Shown: positions 32,101-42,111, counted from the stretch's first letter. The stretch is 64,000 nucleotides of DNA from an uncultured Bacteroides sp. (GCA_958453305.1 CAUDXH010000003.1:20637-84636), one strand, 5' to 3'. Program-made: numbers and translations. Notes: generated by a model not told the origin, from the letters alone.

Positions 32101-32583
32101 AATCGTTCCGTTAGTTGTTCCTTTTTCCAGAATTGAAACACCAATCAGAGGTTCTCCGGTGCCGTCTATCACGCGTCCGGTGATTTGAACCTGTGCCTGT
32201 TTCACTGCTTGAGTAGAGGCTGATGAAGTGGCAGAGGTGGATGTCTTTGACAAGTAAACGATGTTTTCATCTACTTTGTAGCTGATTCCTTTTCCAGCCA
32301 GAGCCTTGTTTAATACTTCTTCAACCGAAGAGTCGCTTACGTTAACAGACCCGATAGGGGTATCTGCTAATTCGTCATCATAAAAGAATTGATACTGGGA
32401 CTGAGATTGGATTTGTTTGATCATGGTCCCCAATTGAGAATTGGTTAATGCGATGTTTAACTGAGCTGACACAGCCTGTGCCGGAACAGTAAACAGGGTT
32501 GAAACCAATAATGCCCGAACGAGTTTCTTCGAGCTCATGCACGAGTTTTTGCTTCTCATACCTGCTTTTCTAAGGTTAGACAT
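29128..32583 (-). CDS. SusC TonB-dependent transducer with N-terminal STN signalling domain
   Basis: N-terminal IQSQSQYQFFYDD..VEEVLNKAL (STN); VVVTALGIKRE, SVLKGPNAAALYGSRAGNGV, LKPE, terminal F. Confidence 0.96.
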   Translation of the reverse strand: MSNLRKAGMRSKNSCMSSKKLVRALLVSTLFTVPAQAVSAQLNIALTNSQLGTMIKQIQSQSQYQFFYDDELADTPIGSVNVSDSSVEEVLNKALAGKGISYKVDENIVYLSKTSTSATSSASTQAVKQAQVQITGRVIDGTGEPLIGVSILEKGTTNGTITDWDGNYTLNVSSDATLQFSYIGYKNEEVPVNGKTVIDLTMKEDTEVLEEVVVTALGIKREKKMLGYAVQELKSDELNKTGDPSVTSALQGKVAGLSMNTSATGLGGSTKITIRGNSSLTDNNQPLWIVDGVPFSDNSTSDASYFGGVDRGGASLDINPDDIESISVLKGPNAAALYGSRAGNGVILVTTKKGSKKDGFGVRYSGNFTWSKVAETLDMQERYGQGHINDDATKDNGQLGAIYSHEDSGSWGPVLNGNEVNAWNGESYAYSKYGNKLKDYFDTGFSQTHNVSVSNGTEKSHYRASFGNSSNKGVFPTEELTRTNVDLNAGTELNKYLSMDGKISLSRTKATNRPEYGQYGAINQLMGIPHNIRLDDLKQYSTEDHVHTNWYGPTAGIRNPYYIINQRHNSDERWRAFGYYTARINFTDWLHLSAKYAFDYYRTRIESTNAGDGINNESTPSTITNDEMNRGEENFFESNAEIMLMGDRQLTDNFRLGFTVGGNFMYQRFEGLTATVGNMVDKTSWMLNAANQINSVNETGYKRAMNSVFGSAQLAWKEYLSLDLTARNDWSSTLPLDNNSFFYPSANLSFVISDFVRSLDKTLPSWITFAKLRLSAAQVGKDTDPYQLYNTYAFKYDKGVLTPSKDNVKMNDQLKPEIATSYEAGLDMKFFNNRLGFDFTYYYSKTKNQIMKVPSVAPWSGGKWVNAGMITNQGVELMLYSTLVDTKDFTFDLNVNIAHNVSTVKELAPEDNVNFMYFNGDGNFPVNVGAVAGGKLGDIYAKNLYKRDENGNIIVNEKGIPQTETDENKRLANPIGNIQPKMTMSVSPTFTYKGVTLSAMFDMKFGGDIFSYSEMLATGNGLAKRTINRGEDNGYMMVFPGVYADGQKNTTPTKASEYYGSMQAEDFIYDASFIKLKELSIGYSFPSSLLKKTPLTSLNVSFVARNLCYLLKHTPGTSPEGGYDTTMFSQAIDYAALPFTRTFGLSVSLGF

Positions 32584-32632
32584 ATTAATGAATTTCTCTG
32601 TTTTTATTTAGTTTGTTTTCAAAACATATCTA

Positions 32633-32660
32633 ATAACAATCATGTTTTGATAACTACTTA
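32633..32660 (-). promoter_or_regulatory. Putative ECF-sigma promoter TAAGT-N16-TTGTTAT upstream of susC
   Basis: Same motif and spacing recurs at 33930-33957 on the + strand. Confidence 0.65.
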
Positions 32661-32824
32661 CATAAAAATGAAACTTTTTTTTAAAATGTCTTTCCAGATG
32701 TGTGCAGGGCGAAAAATGAAGGGAAGGGGAGTTGAGAAAGAAAATAGATATACCTTAATTAATTAAAGTTCGGGATGATGAAACAGAGCCGGATTCCGGA
32801 TTCCCGGAAGCCGGTGACCCTTTT

Positions 32825-33358
32825 TCACAGGAGTTGCAAGTGGCTTAGCCGGGTGCGGAGAAACTTGAGTGCTTTGTACATATGGGCCTCTACGGTGCGT
32901 AGTGAAATGTTCATGATATCGGCTATTTCTTTATTTTTCATGTCGTGAAGATAGCTTAGCTTGAATACTTCCTTGCACTTGTCGGGGAGTGCATTGATGG
33001 CTGTATGTATTTCTTGGTGCAACTCCTTGTCTTCAATGCGCCGGATAACATCTGAGTGATCGGGCTGGTAATATTCCAGACGTTTCTGGTAATATTCTTC
33101 TTCTTCGGCACTGTGGCTTTCAACAATGGCACGGTGCTTGAGGTGATTCAAAGCTTTGGTATAGACGGAGCGGTAAAGGAACGATTGAATCTGTTCGCCG
33201 ACTTCGATGGAGTCTTTCCGTTTCCATAATTCGGCAAAGACGTCTTGAACGATGTCTTCGGCTTCGTCTTCACCTACAAGGCGGGTGGCATAGAAGAGAA
33301 GCCCGGTGTAATGTTTGCGGAATAAGGATTTATATGTCGCTTCAAACGTTTCTTTCAT
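32825..33358 (-). CDS. ECF RNA polymerase sigma-70 factor (Bacteroides expansion family)
   Basis: AEDIVQDVFAELW, LPDKCKEVFKLS, KEIADIMNISLRTVEAHMYKALK. Confidence 0.95.
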   Translation of the reverse strand: MKETFEATYKSLFRKHYTGLLFYATRLVGEDEAEDIVQDVFAELWKRKDSIEVGEQIQSFLYRSVYTKALNHLKHRAIVESHSAEEEEYYQKRLEYYQPDHSDVIRRIEDKELHQEIHTAINALPDKCKEVFKLSYLHDMKNKEIADIMNISLRTVEAHMYKALKFLRTRLSHLQLL

Positions 33359-33659
33359 CAACCGATTTATTTTTATTAGGCAAAGTGTCTGTCTGTTGCA
33401 AATATACGAATAACTTTTGGCTTTGCTAACACAAAGATACGCTCCTTTCTGTGGAAAGCCAATATCGGAAAGGAATAAAGGTGTGAAATTCTGTTAATGA
33501 AAAAGAAGTTTTTTTTGCTCTGTCCTTGTAGGCTCACTTGCCAGTTTTTTGTCGTATTGTGGCTTTTTTTCTTCTGCGGTTCACTTGTGGTTTTGCAGGT
33601 ACTTGGTTTGAATAGAGGTGTAGATGTTTTTCTTCAGTAAGGGAAAATAGAAACTTTGC

Positions 33660-33760
33660 GGTGAATTTTATAAACAGAAGTTCTGTTTGTAAAAACAAAG
33701 GTTTTGGATGTATAAACAGAGCTTTTGTTTTTACAGCCAAAGTCTTTGTTTTGATTTTCA
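33660..33760. repeat. Degenerate semi-palindromic AT-rich repeat tract
   Basis: TATAAACAGAAGTTCTGTTTGTA, AAAACAAAGGTTTTG, TATAAACAGAGCTTTTGTTTTTA in the sigma-GH92 spacer. Confidence 0.4.
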
Positions 33761-33929
33761 GGTAAGGGAAAGAGGGCTTTGGATAACGGACTGATAAGAG
33801 ATTAAAATACCCTGATCAGCTACCGTTGGTTTGGAAAGCATGAACCTCCGGCAGTTTGTTGCCTATAAGCTTGCCTATTTACAAGTTTAAACGTAGGTGT
33901 AACTTTAAGTAGAAAATTTAAATACGGTC

Positions 33930-33957
33930 TAAGTGTTTTTTCTCGTTTTCTTGTTAT
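33930..33957 (+). promoter_or_regulatory. Putative ECF-sigma promoter TAAGT-N16-TTGTTAT upstream of the GH92 operon
   Basis: Mirror of the motif upstream of susC. Confidence 0.65.
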
Positions 33958-34106
33958 ATCTTTAGAGATTGAAAAAGTATATACGTATTTAGTTCGTTGT
34001 ATTTTTGGTTTGTAGATTTGTTTCTATTTGATAGTCAATGGAAAATGATAAAACTGGACATCTGGAAACTGAAAGACATAAAACTTATTAACCCTAATAA
34101 AATAAT

Positions 34107-36317
34107 ATGAGATTTAAAGGATTTTCCGTATGTGTTCTTGCTGCTTTAACTACTGCTTGCGGTGTGTCGGATAAGGTAGCTTCAGAAGTTGATTATACAC
34201 AATATGTAAACCCGTTTATCGGTACCGACTTTACGGGTAATACTTACCCAGGAGCACAAGCTCCATTTGGTATGGTTCAGTTGAGCCCAGATAACGGTTT
34301 GCCGGGTTGGGACCGTATTTCCGGTTATTTCTATCCGGACAGTACGATTGCCGGATTCAGCCATACGCACTTGTCGGGTACGGGAGCGGGTGATTTGTAT
34401 GATATTTTGTTTATGCCGGTAACTGTGCCTTATAAAGAGGCTGAGGCTCCATTGGGTATTCATTCAAAATTCTCGCATGATACAGAGTCGGCATCGGCAG
34501 GATATTATAAAGTAATGCTTGATGATTATGGAATTCAAGTGGAACTGACTGCCACCGAACGCTGTGGGGTGCAGCGTTATACGTTTCCTGAAGCTGAATC
34601 GGCTATCTTTTTGAATTTGGCAAAAGCGATGAACTGGGATGTGACCGAAGATTCTTATATTGAAGCTGTTGACTCGGTAACGGTGCGTGGATACCGTTTC
34701 TCGGACGGATGGGCACGTGGTCAGAAAGTGTATTTCTGCTCTCGCTTTTCACGTCCCTTCAAACAGATGAGCCTGGATACGGTGCTGATTGAAAAAGAAG
34801 GGATGAAATTAAGTAATGGAGTGATAGCTCGCTTTGATTATTCTACGCATAAGGATGAACAGATAACGGTAGTTACTGCTATTTCAGGAACAAGCATGGA
34901 CGGGGCTGTCAAGAATCTGTTGGCTGAGGCTCCTGATAATGATTTTGATGCTTATCTGAAGAAGGCGAAAGCTTTATGGAATAAAGAGCTGGGAAAAATC
35001 GCAGTTGAATCGGATAATGTAGATGATAAAACCGTATTCTATACTTCTTTATATCACAGTATGTTGGCTCCTACGGTTTACAGTGATGTAGATGGAGCTT
35101 ATTACGGACCAGACAAGCTGGTGCACAAGGCAGACGGATGGACTAATTATAGCACCTTCTCTTTGTGGGATACCTATCGTGCGGCCCATCCGCTGTTTAC
35201 CTATACTCAGCCGGAACGCACGAATGACATGGTGAAATCGTTTATTGCCTTCTTTGAACAGAATGGACGTTTGCCGGTGTGGAATTTTCAGGGAAGTGAA
35301 ACAGATATGATGATTGGATATCATTCGGTTCCGGTCATTGTGGATGCTTATTTGAAAGGAATCGGTGACTTTGATGCAGAAAAAGCACTGGAGGCTTGTG
35401 TGAAAACGGCTAATCTAGATGAATATCGAGGTATCGGAGTATATAAAGAGAAAGGTTATGTGCCTTATGATTTGAAACCTTATGAAAACTGGTCACTTTC
35501 AAAAACCTTGGAGTATGCGTTCGATGATTATTGTATTGCACGCATGGCCGAGAAGATGGGAAAAACGGCTGTGATGGAGGAGTTTGATAAGCGGGCTGCT
35601 AACTACAAGAATGTCTTTAATCCGGTAACATCATTCATGCAGCCGCGGGCTTTAAATGGTGATTTTATTGCTGATTTCCGGGCTGATGCCTATACGGAGG
35701 ATATTTGTGAAAGCAACGGATGGCAATACCTTTGGTCAGTGCAGCATGACATTGAAGGGCTGATTGGTTTGACGGGTGGAACAGAACGGTTTGCTCAGAA
35801 GCTGGATAGTATGTTTACTTATCAGCCTACCGATGATGAGGAACTTCCTATCTTTAGTACAGGTATGATTGGACAGTATGCGCATGGAAACGAACCGAGT
35901 CATCATGTGGCTTATTTGTTTAATTATGTCAATCAGCCTTGGAAAGGACAAAAGTATTTAGCTCAAATCATGCACGACCTTTATACTAACACACCGGACG
36001 GACTTTGTGGAAATGAAGACTGTGGGCAGATGTCGGCTTGGTATGTTATGAGTGCTATGGGATTTTACCCTGTAAATCCGGTATCGGGTGTTTATGAAAT
36101 AGGAACTCCTTTGTTCCCGAAAGTTCAGCTTCATCTGTCGAATGGAAAGGTTTTCACGGTGTTGGCTCATCAGGTTAGCCGTGAGAATATTTACATCCAG
36201 TCGGTAAAAGTCAATGGAGTTGCTTATGATAAACCCTATATCACTCATCAGCAAATTATGGATGGGGCAACCTTGGAATTTGAGATGGGCAATATGCCGG
36301 GAAAGGCTTGGTATTAG
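34107..36317 (+). CDS. GH92 alpha-mannosidase, lipoprotein
   Basis: YVNPFIGT, PFGMVQLSPD, FSHTHLSGTG, SLWDTYRA, HGNEPSHH, GNEDCGQMSAW. Confidence 0.95.
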   Translation: MRFKGFSVCVLAALTTACGVSDKVASEVDYTQYVNPFIGTDFTGNTYPGAQAPFGMVQLSPDNGLPGWDRISGYFYPDSTIAGFSHTHLSGTGAGDLYDILFMPVTVPYKEAEAPLGIHSKFSHDTESASAGYYKVMLDDYGIQVELTATERCGVQRYTFPEAESAIFLNLAKAMNWDVTEDSYIEAVDSVTVRGYRFSDGWARGQKVYFCSRFSRPFKQMSLDTVLIEKEGMKLSNGVIARFDYSTHKDEQITVVTAISGTSMDGAVKNLLAEAPDNDFDAYLKKAKALWNKELGKIAVESDNVDDKTVFYTSLYHSMLAPTVYSDVDGAYYGPDKLVHKADGWTNYSTFSLWDTYRAAHPLFTYTQPERTNDMVKSFIAFFEQNGRLPVWNFQGSETDMMIGYHSVPVIVDAYLKGIGDFDAEKALEACVKTANLDEYRGIGVYKEKGYVPYDLKPYENWSLSKTLEYAFDDYCIARMAEKMGKTAVMEEFDKRAANYKNVFNPVTSFMQPRALNGDFIADFRADAYTEDICESNGWQYLWSVQHDIEGLIGLTGGTERFAQKLDSMFTYQPTDDEELPIFSTGMIGQYAHGNEPSHHVAYLFNYVNQPWKGQKYLAQIMHDLYTNTPDGLCGNEDCGQMSAWYVMSAMGFYPVNPVSGVYEIGTPLFPKVQLHLSNGKVFTVLAHQVSRENIYIQSVKVNGVAYDKPYITHQQIMDGATLEFEMGNMPGKAWY

Positions 36318-36423
36318 TCCGGAAATTTGTACCTTTTCGGGACGCCGGTCTTGTAAAGGTAAATGATAAGAGCTTTTTCATAGAGGATAATTCTCTGTGA
36401 TAAAAGGAATATTGAAAAAAGAT

Positions 36424-37416
36424 ATGAAAAAAATTGGATATAATGAAATAATACGTTTCTTCGATAACGAATGTTCGGCAGAAGAGAGAGAGGCTGTCAT
36501 TCGGTGGGTCAATCAGTCGGATGAAAATGCCCGTCTGTTTTTTTCATGGGAAGAAATGTATATGTTGGGAAAGGCAGATTCTGCGCGTGAAGAACAGTTG
36601 CTTCGGAAGGCGGAAAAGAAACTGGATGCTTTTATTACAGCCGAGAAACAACGCCGTTCTTTTGTGTTGCGTGTACGTACAATGATGAAGTATGCGGCGG
36701 TAGCTGCTGTTCTGGCTGTTTTCTCCTGGATAGCTCTGTATATGTCCGGCGTCCGTTCAGACAGTGATATGCTTGTCGTATCAACTTTGGCTGGTGAAAA
36801 GAAGGAAGTCATTCTTCCTGATGGCAGTAAAGTGTGGTTGAATGAAAAGTCTGTGTTGAAATATCCTGAAGCATTTGCCGATGATAAACGTTTTTTGGAT
36901 TTAGACGGGGAGGCTTACTTTGAGGTTACAAAGGATAAGCACAAGCCGTTTATCGTGAAAAATCCGGCAATGAGCGTACAGGTGCTCGGTACAAAGTTTA
37001 ACTTTAAGGGAAATGCCTTAGGCCGGATTGCTGAAGCTTCTTTGATAGAAGGAGAAATCAAAGCCATAGGAAATCACGATGAAGGGGCTATAACGCTGGT
37101 TCCCGGACAGAAGGTGGAGCTGAATGTCGTGACCAGGCAAATGAAGGTTACGGAAGCAAATACGGCTCTTGATGCGGTATGGCATAACAACCTGATTCCG
37201 TTTAAGAATGCTGATATTTTCAGCATAGCTGAAACACTTGAAGCATTATATGGAGTTGATATAATTCTCTCACCGGATATCAGCGGACTGAAAACTTATT
37301 CAGGTGTATTAAAAAAGAAAGATTCGATAGATGAGATGTTGGAGATTTTACAGACTATACTTCATATTCATTATGAAATACGTCAGAATACCATCTTCTT
37401 GTCATTAAATAAATAA
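36424..37416 (+). CDS. FecR-family anti-sigma factor
   Basis: TM segment, LPDGSKVWLN, GEAYFEV, VLGTKFN, C-terminal DUF4974-like region. Confidence 0.93.
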   Translation: MKKIGYNEIIRFFDNECSAEEREAVIRWVNQSDENARLFFSWEEMYMLGKADSAREEQLLRKAEKKLDAFITAEKQRRSFVLRVRTMMKYAAVAAVLAVFSWIALYMSGVRSDSDMLVVSTLAGEKKEVILPDGSKVWLNEKSVLKYPEAFADDKRFLDLDGEAYFEVTKDKHKPFIVKNPAMSVQVLGTKFNFKGNALGRIAEASLIEGEIKAIGNHDEGAITLVPGQKVELNVVTRQMKVTEANTALDAVWHNNLIPFKNADIFSIAETLEALYGVDIILSPDISGLKTYSGVLKKKDSIDEMLEILQTILHIHYEIRQNTIFLSLNK

Positions 37417-37429
37417 TCCCTTGAGTGAT

Positions 37430-39712
37430 ATGATGATAAAAAAAACTTTTGTTTTGGCATGTGGCATCGGAACGATGCTTTTGGCTGCATGTTCTGCAGA
37501 TGTTGCAGTAGAAAAAGATTACGCTGCTTATGTAAACCCGTTTGTGGGAACAGGTGGACATGGACATACGTTTCCGGGAGCAGTGGTTCCGAACGGTATG
37601 ATTCAACCAAGTCCTGATACACGTATTGATGGATGGGATGCTTGTTCTGGCTATTATTACGAAGATTCATTGATGAATGGCTTTTCGCACACCCATCTCA
37701 GTGGAACCGGATGTGCAGATTATGGAGATTTTCTGCTGATGCCCACGGTAGGTGAACAGGTTTGTAATCCTCAGAATTTTTCAAAGCAGAATTTGCCTTT
37801 TGCTTCTAACTTCTCACATGCCAGTGAAGTGGCAGAGCCGGGATATTATTCTGTATTTCTTGACCGCTATGGAGTGAAGGCTGAAATGACCTCAACAAAG
37901 CGGGCGGCTCTTCATCGGTTTACTTTTCCTGAAGCGGAAAAGGCGGGTTTTATTTTGGATTTAGATTATTCTATACAGCATCAAACCAATCTGGATATGC
38001 AAGTTGAGGTGGTAAGTGATACGGAAATTCGTGGACATAAACTGACTCAATACTGGGCTTTCGACCAGCAGGCAAGTTTCTATGCAAAGTTCTCGAAGCC
38101 GTTTACGTATGAGGTGCTTCGTGATACGTTGACTGACCAGAACGGAAAGAAACAGCCGCGTTGCAAAGTCTTGCTTCAGTTTGCCACTCAGAAAGATGAG
38201 CAGGTGATGGTTAAGATGGCGGTTTCGGCAGTTGACATGGAAGGTGCACGGAAGAACTTGGAGGCTGAAATTCCTGAATGGGATTTTGAAGGTATCCGGA
38301 AATCGGCCCGTCAGGCATGGAATAACTACCTTTCCAAGATTGATGTGACTACTGCTGAGCAGGATGACAAAACGATTTTCTACACCGCCATGTATCACAC
38401 GGCAATTAGTCCGAACTTGTTTACCGATGTAGATGGCCGTTATCTGGGTATGGATTTAAAGACACATCAAGGCGATGTAAATCAGCCTGTGTATACCACG
38501 TTTTCTTTGTGGGATACTTTCAGGGCTCTTCATCCTTTGCTTTCTATCATTGATCCGGCAAAGAATAATGCTTATATCCGTTCGTTGCTTTTGAAGGCTC
38601 AAGAAGGTGGCGTACTGCCTAAATGGGAACTTGCCGGAAATTATACGGCCACAATGATTGGTTACCATGCAGCTTCCTTGATGGCAGATGCTTATACAAA
38701 AGGATATGCTGATTTTGATTTGGATGAGGCTTATAAGGCTTGTATCCGTGCAGCAGAATATGATACTACTGGTATTAAATGTCCGGAGCTGGTGTTGCCA
38801 GTGTTGATACCAATGGCTCGATATTATAAAAATACATTAGGATATATTCCTTGTGACCGTGAAAACGAATCGGTAGCTAAGGCATTGGAATATGCATACG
38901 ATGATTATTGTATTTCCATATTGGCAGAAGCAGTAGGGGATTATAAAAATCAGGAAAAATATGCCAAGTTTGCCAAAGCTTATGAATTGTATTTTGACCC
39001 GTCTACCCGCTTTATGCGTGGGTTAGACTCAAAGGGAAAATGGCGTACTCCGTTTAATCCCCGGGCTTCTAATCATCGTAATGACGACTATTGTGAAGGT
39101 ACTGCATGGCAATGGACTTGGTTCGTGCCTCATGATATTGAGGGATTAGTCGGACTGATGGGAGGTGAAGATGCCTTTGTAGGTAAACTTGACTCACTGT
39201 TTACTGCCCCTTCACAGATGGAAGGAGAAGTGGTTTCGGCTGATATTACCGGTTTGATAGGTCAGTATGCACAAGGCAATGAGCCGAGCCATCATGTTAT
39301 TCATATGTATAACTATGTAAACAGACCTTGGCAGACACAAGAGTTGCTTGACCGCGTGTTTAAGGAACAATACCGTAATGACCCTGATGGCTTGTCGGGT
39401 AATGAAGATTGCGGACAGATGTCGGCTTGGTATATCTTGAACTCAATGGGATTCTATCAAGTTTGTCCGGGTAAGCCCGTGTATTCCATTGGTCGTCCTG
39501 TCTTTGACAAAGTGGTTATTAATTTGCCAGAAAATAAAACATTCACTATTACAGCACTCAATAACTCAAAGGAGAATAAATATATACAGGCTGTGAAGTT
39601 GAACGGAAAAGACTTGTCTACTCCCTTTTTCGAGCATAAGGATATGATAAACGGGGGTACATTGGAATTTGTGATGACAAATCAGCCGACTCAATGGGGT
39701 GTAAAGAAATAA
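37430..39712 (+). CDS. GH92 alpha-mannosidase, lipoprotein
   Basis: VNPFVGTGGHGHTFPGA, SHTHLSGTGC, SLWDTFRA, YCEGTAWQW, GNEPSHH, GNEDCGQMSAW. Confidence 0.95.
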   Translation: MMIKKTFVLACGIGTMLLAACSADVAVEKDYAAYVNPFVGTGGHGHTFPGAVVPNGMIQPSPDTRIDGWDACSGYYYEDSLMNGFSHTHLSGTGCADYGDFLLMPTVGEQVCNPQNFSKQNLPFASNFSHASEVAEPGYYSVFLDRYGVKAEMTSTKRAALHRFTFPEAEKAGFILDLDYSIQHQTNLDMQVEVVSDTEIRGHKLTQYWAFDQQASFYAKFSKPFTYEVLRDTLTDQNGKKQPRCKVLLQFATQKDEQVMVKMAVSAVDMEGARKNLEAEIPEWDFEGIRKSARQAWNNYLSKIDVTTAEQDDKTIFYTAMYHTAISPNLFTDVDGRYLGMDLKTHQGDVNQPVYTTFSLWDTFRALHPLLSIIDPAKNNAYIRSLLLKAQEGGVLPKWELAGNYTATMIGYHAASLMADAYTKGYADFDLDEAYKACIRAAEYDTTGIKCPELVLPVLIPMARYYKNTLGYIPCDRENESVAKALEYAYDDYCISILAEAVGDYKNQEKYAKFAKAYELYFDPSTRFMRGLDSKGKWRTPFNPRASNHRNDDYCEGTAWQWTWFVPHDIEGLVGLMGGEDAFVGKLDSLFTAPSQMEGEVVSADITGLIGQYAQGNEPSHHVIHMYNYVNRPWQTQELLDRVFKEQYRNDPDGLSGNEDCGQMSAWYILNSMGFYQVCPGKPVYSIGRPVFDKVVINLPENKTFTITALNNSKENKYIQAVKLNGKDLSTPFFEHKDMINGGTLEFVMTNQPTQWGVKK

Positions 39713-39740
39713 TAACTATTATATAAATTATAAATAAGCC

Positions 39741-42026
39741 ATGAAAAAATTATCATTACTTATTTTACTGACCGGATTTTTCGGTTTGGCAAAAGCAGCT
39801 AACATAGACTATGCTGACTATGTTAGTCCGTTGGTTGGAACTCAATCAACATTTGAATTGTCCACAGGAAATACTTATCCTGCGATAGCAAGACCTTGGG
39901 GGATGAACTTCTGGACTCCCCAGACAGGTAAAATGGGAGATGGATGGACTTATCAGTATACAGCAAATAAAATCCGTGGATTCAAACAGACACACCAGCC
40001 CAGCCCATGGATCAATGATTACGGGCAGTTTGCTATTATGCCGGTGGTTGGAAAACCCGAATTTAATGAAGATAAGCGCGCAAGCTGGTTTGCTCATAAA
40101 GGAGAAGAAGCTAAAGCGTATTACTATAAAGTGTATTTGGCTGAATACGATATCGTAGCTGAGCTGACTCCTACCGAGCGTGCTGCCATGTTCCGCTTTA
40201 CTTTTCCGGAAAGTGAGCATTCTTATATCGTAGTTGATGCTTACGATAAAGGTTCATATGTAAAGATCGAACCGGAAAAGAATCGTATTGTTGGCTATTC
40301 TACCCGTAATAGCGGAGGGGTTCCTGCTAACTTTAAAAACTATTTCGTGATAGAATTCGATAAACCGTTTACTTATCGGGCTACAGTTAAAGATAGCTTG
40401 CTGACTGAAAACGGTTTGGAACAGCAGGCTAATCATGCAGGAGCAGTCATTGGTTTTTCTACCCGTAAAGGTGAGGCTGTTCATGTGCGTGTGGCTTCTT
40501 CGTTTATCAGCGAAGAGCAGGCTGTGCTAAACTTGAACGAATTAGGTCAAGATAACTTTGATACATTGGTAAGCAAAGGTAAGAATGCTTGGAATGAGGT
40601 TCTCGGTAGAATAGAAGTAGACGGAGGTAATCTCGACCAATACCGCACATTCTATTCTTGTCTATACCGTTCGTTATTGTTCCCGCGGAAGTTTTATGAA
40701 ATAGATGCCAAAGGACAGGTGGTTCATTACAGTCCCTATAATGGTGAAGTGCTGCCCGGCTATATGTATACCGATACTGGCTTTTGGGATACCTTCCGTT
40801 GTCTTTTCCCTTTGCTGAACTTGATGTATCCCTCGGTGAACAAGGAAATTCAAGAAGGACTGATCAATACCTATAAGGAAAGCGGATTCTTCCCGGAATG
40901 GGCAAGCCCCGGTCATAGAGGATGTATGGTGGGTAACAATTCAGCTTCTGTACTGGTTGATGCCTATATGAAAGGGGTGAAGGTAGAAGATCTGGAAACC
41001 CTTTATAAAGGCTTGATTCATGGAACAGAGAATGTGCATCCGGAGGTTTCTTCAACCGGACGTCTGGGACATGAATATTACAATAAGTTAGGTTACGTGC
41101 CTTATGATGTGAAGATTAATGAAAATGCTGCCCGCACGCTGGAGTATGCTTATAACGACTGGTGTATCTATCAGTTGGCTAAAGAACTGAAGCGTCCGAA
41201 AAAGGAAATTAAACTCTTTGAAAAACGGGCGATGAACTATAAGAATCTGTTTGATCCGGAAACCAAACTGATGCGTGGCAAGAATGCAGACGGCACATTC
41301 CAGACACCGTTCTCTCCGTTGAAGTGGGGAGATGCATTTACCGAAGGAAACAGCTGGCATTATTCTTGGTCGGTGTTCCATGACCCTCAAGGATTGATTA
41401 ATCTGATGGGAGGTGACAAGGTATTTGTATCTATGATGGATTCTGTATTTGCTGTTCCTCCTGTATTTGATGACAGCTACTATGGATTCCCGATTCATGA
41501 AATCCGCGAGATGACCGTGATGAACATGGGTAATTATGCGCACGGAAACCAACCGGTACAGCATATGATTTATTTATATAATTATGCTAAACAGCCTTGG
41601 AAAGCGCAATATTGGTTACGTCAGGTTATGAACCGTTTATATACTCCTACTCCTGACGGTTATTGTGGCGATGAAGATAACGGACAGACTTCAGCATGGT
41701 ATGTATTTACAGCTTTAGGGTTCTATCCTGTTTGTCCGGGTACCGATCAGTATGTCATAGGGGCTCCTTTGTTCCGTAAAGCTACCATCCACATGGAAAA
41801 TGGTAAGGATGTAGTTATTAATGCTCCGGAGAACAGTGCATCGAATATCTACATACAAGATATGAAGGTGAACGGACAGGAATATACCAAGAACTATTTC
41901 ACGCATGATGCACTGATGAATGGTGCAACCATTGATATTCAGATGGGAAGCAAGCCCAATACATCGAGAGGCGTGAGTGCAGACGATGCTCCATATTCAT
42001 TTACGAAAGAGTTGGAAAAGAAATAA
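39741..42026 (+). CDS. GH92 alpha-1,2-mannosidase (BT3990-like)
   Basis: STGNTYPAIARPWGMNFWTPQTG, THQPSPWINDYG, FTEGNSWHY, HEIREM, AHGNQP, GDEDNGQTSAW. Confidence 0.95.
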   Translation: MKKLSLLILLTGFFGLAKAANIDYADYVSPLVGTQSTFELSTGNTYPAIARPWGMNFWTPQTGKMGDGWTYQYTANKIRGFKQTHQPSPWINDYGQFAIMPVVGKPEFNEDKRASWFAHKGEEAKAYYYKVYLAEYDIVAELTPTERAAMFRFTFPESEHSYIVVDAYDKGSYVKIEPEKNRIVGYSTRNSGGVPANFKNYFVIEFDKPFTYRATVKDSLLTENGLEQQANHAGAVIGFSTRKGEAVHVRVASSFISEEQAVLNLNELGQDNFDTLVSKGKNAWNEVLGRIEVDGGNLDQYRTFYSCLYRSLLFPRKFYEIDAKGQVVHYSPYNGEVLPGYMYTDTGFWDTFRCLFPLLNLMYPSVNKEIQEGLINTYKESGFFPEWASPGHRGCMVGNNSASVLVDAYMKGVKVEDLETLYKGLIHGTENVHPEVSSTGRLGHEYYNKLGYVPYDVKINENAARTLEYAYNDWCIYQLAKELKRPKKEIKLFEKRAMNYKNLFDPETKLMRGKNADGTFQTPFSPLKWGDAFTEGNSWHYSWSVFHDPQGLINLMGGDKVFVSMMDSVFAVPPVFDDSYYGFPIHEIREMTVMNMGNYAHGNQPVQHMIYLYNYAKQPWKAQYWLRQVMNRLYTPTPDGYCGDEDNGQTSAWYVFTALGFYPVCPGTDQYVIGAPLFRKATIHMENGKDVVINAPENSASNIYIQDMKVNGQEYTKNYFTHDALMNGATIDIQMGSKPNTSRGVSADDAPYSFTKELEKK

Positions 42027-42111
42027 GAGAGTAATGATTTACAGAAGTGAGTATGTCAAGGCAATAATGGCGACGATAGAAACTTGCTGAGACTCTTATT
42101 CTGATATTGGG

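Noticed and set aside
33362..34106. Hidden gene or sRNA in the 745-bp spacer (68-aa ORF 33534-33740)
   Set aside because: The ORF derives from a low-complexity repeat tract with a non-ATG start; no recognisable RNA structure. An sRNA cannot be excluded without expression data.
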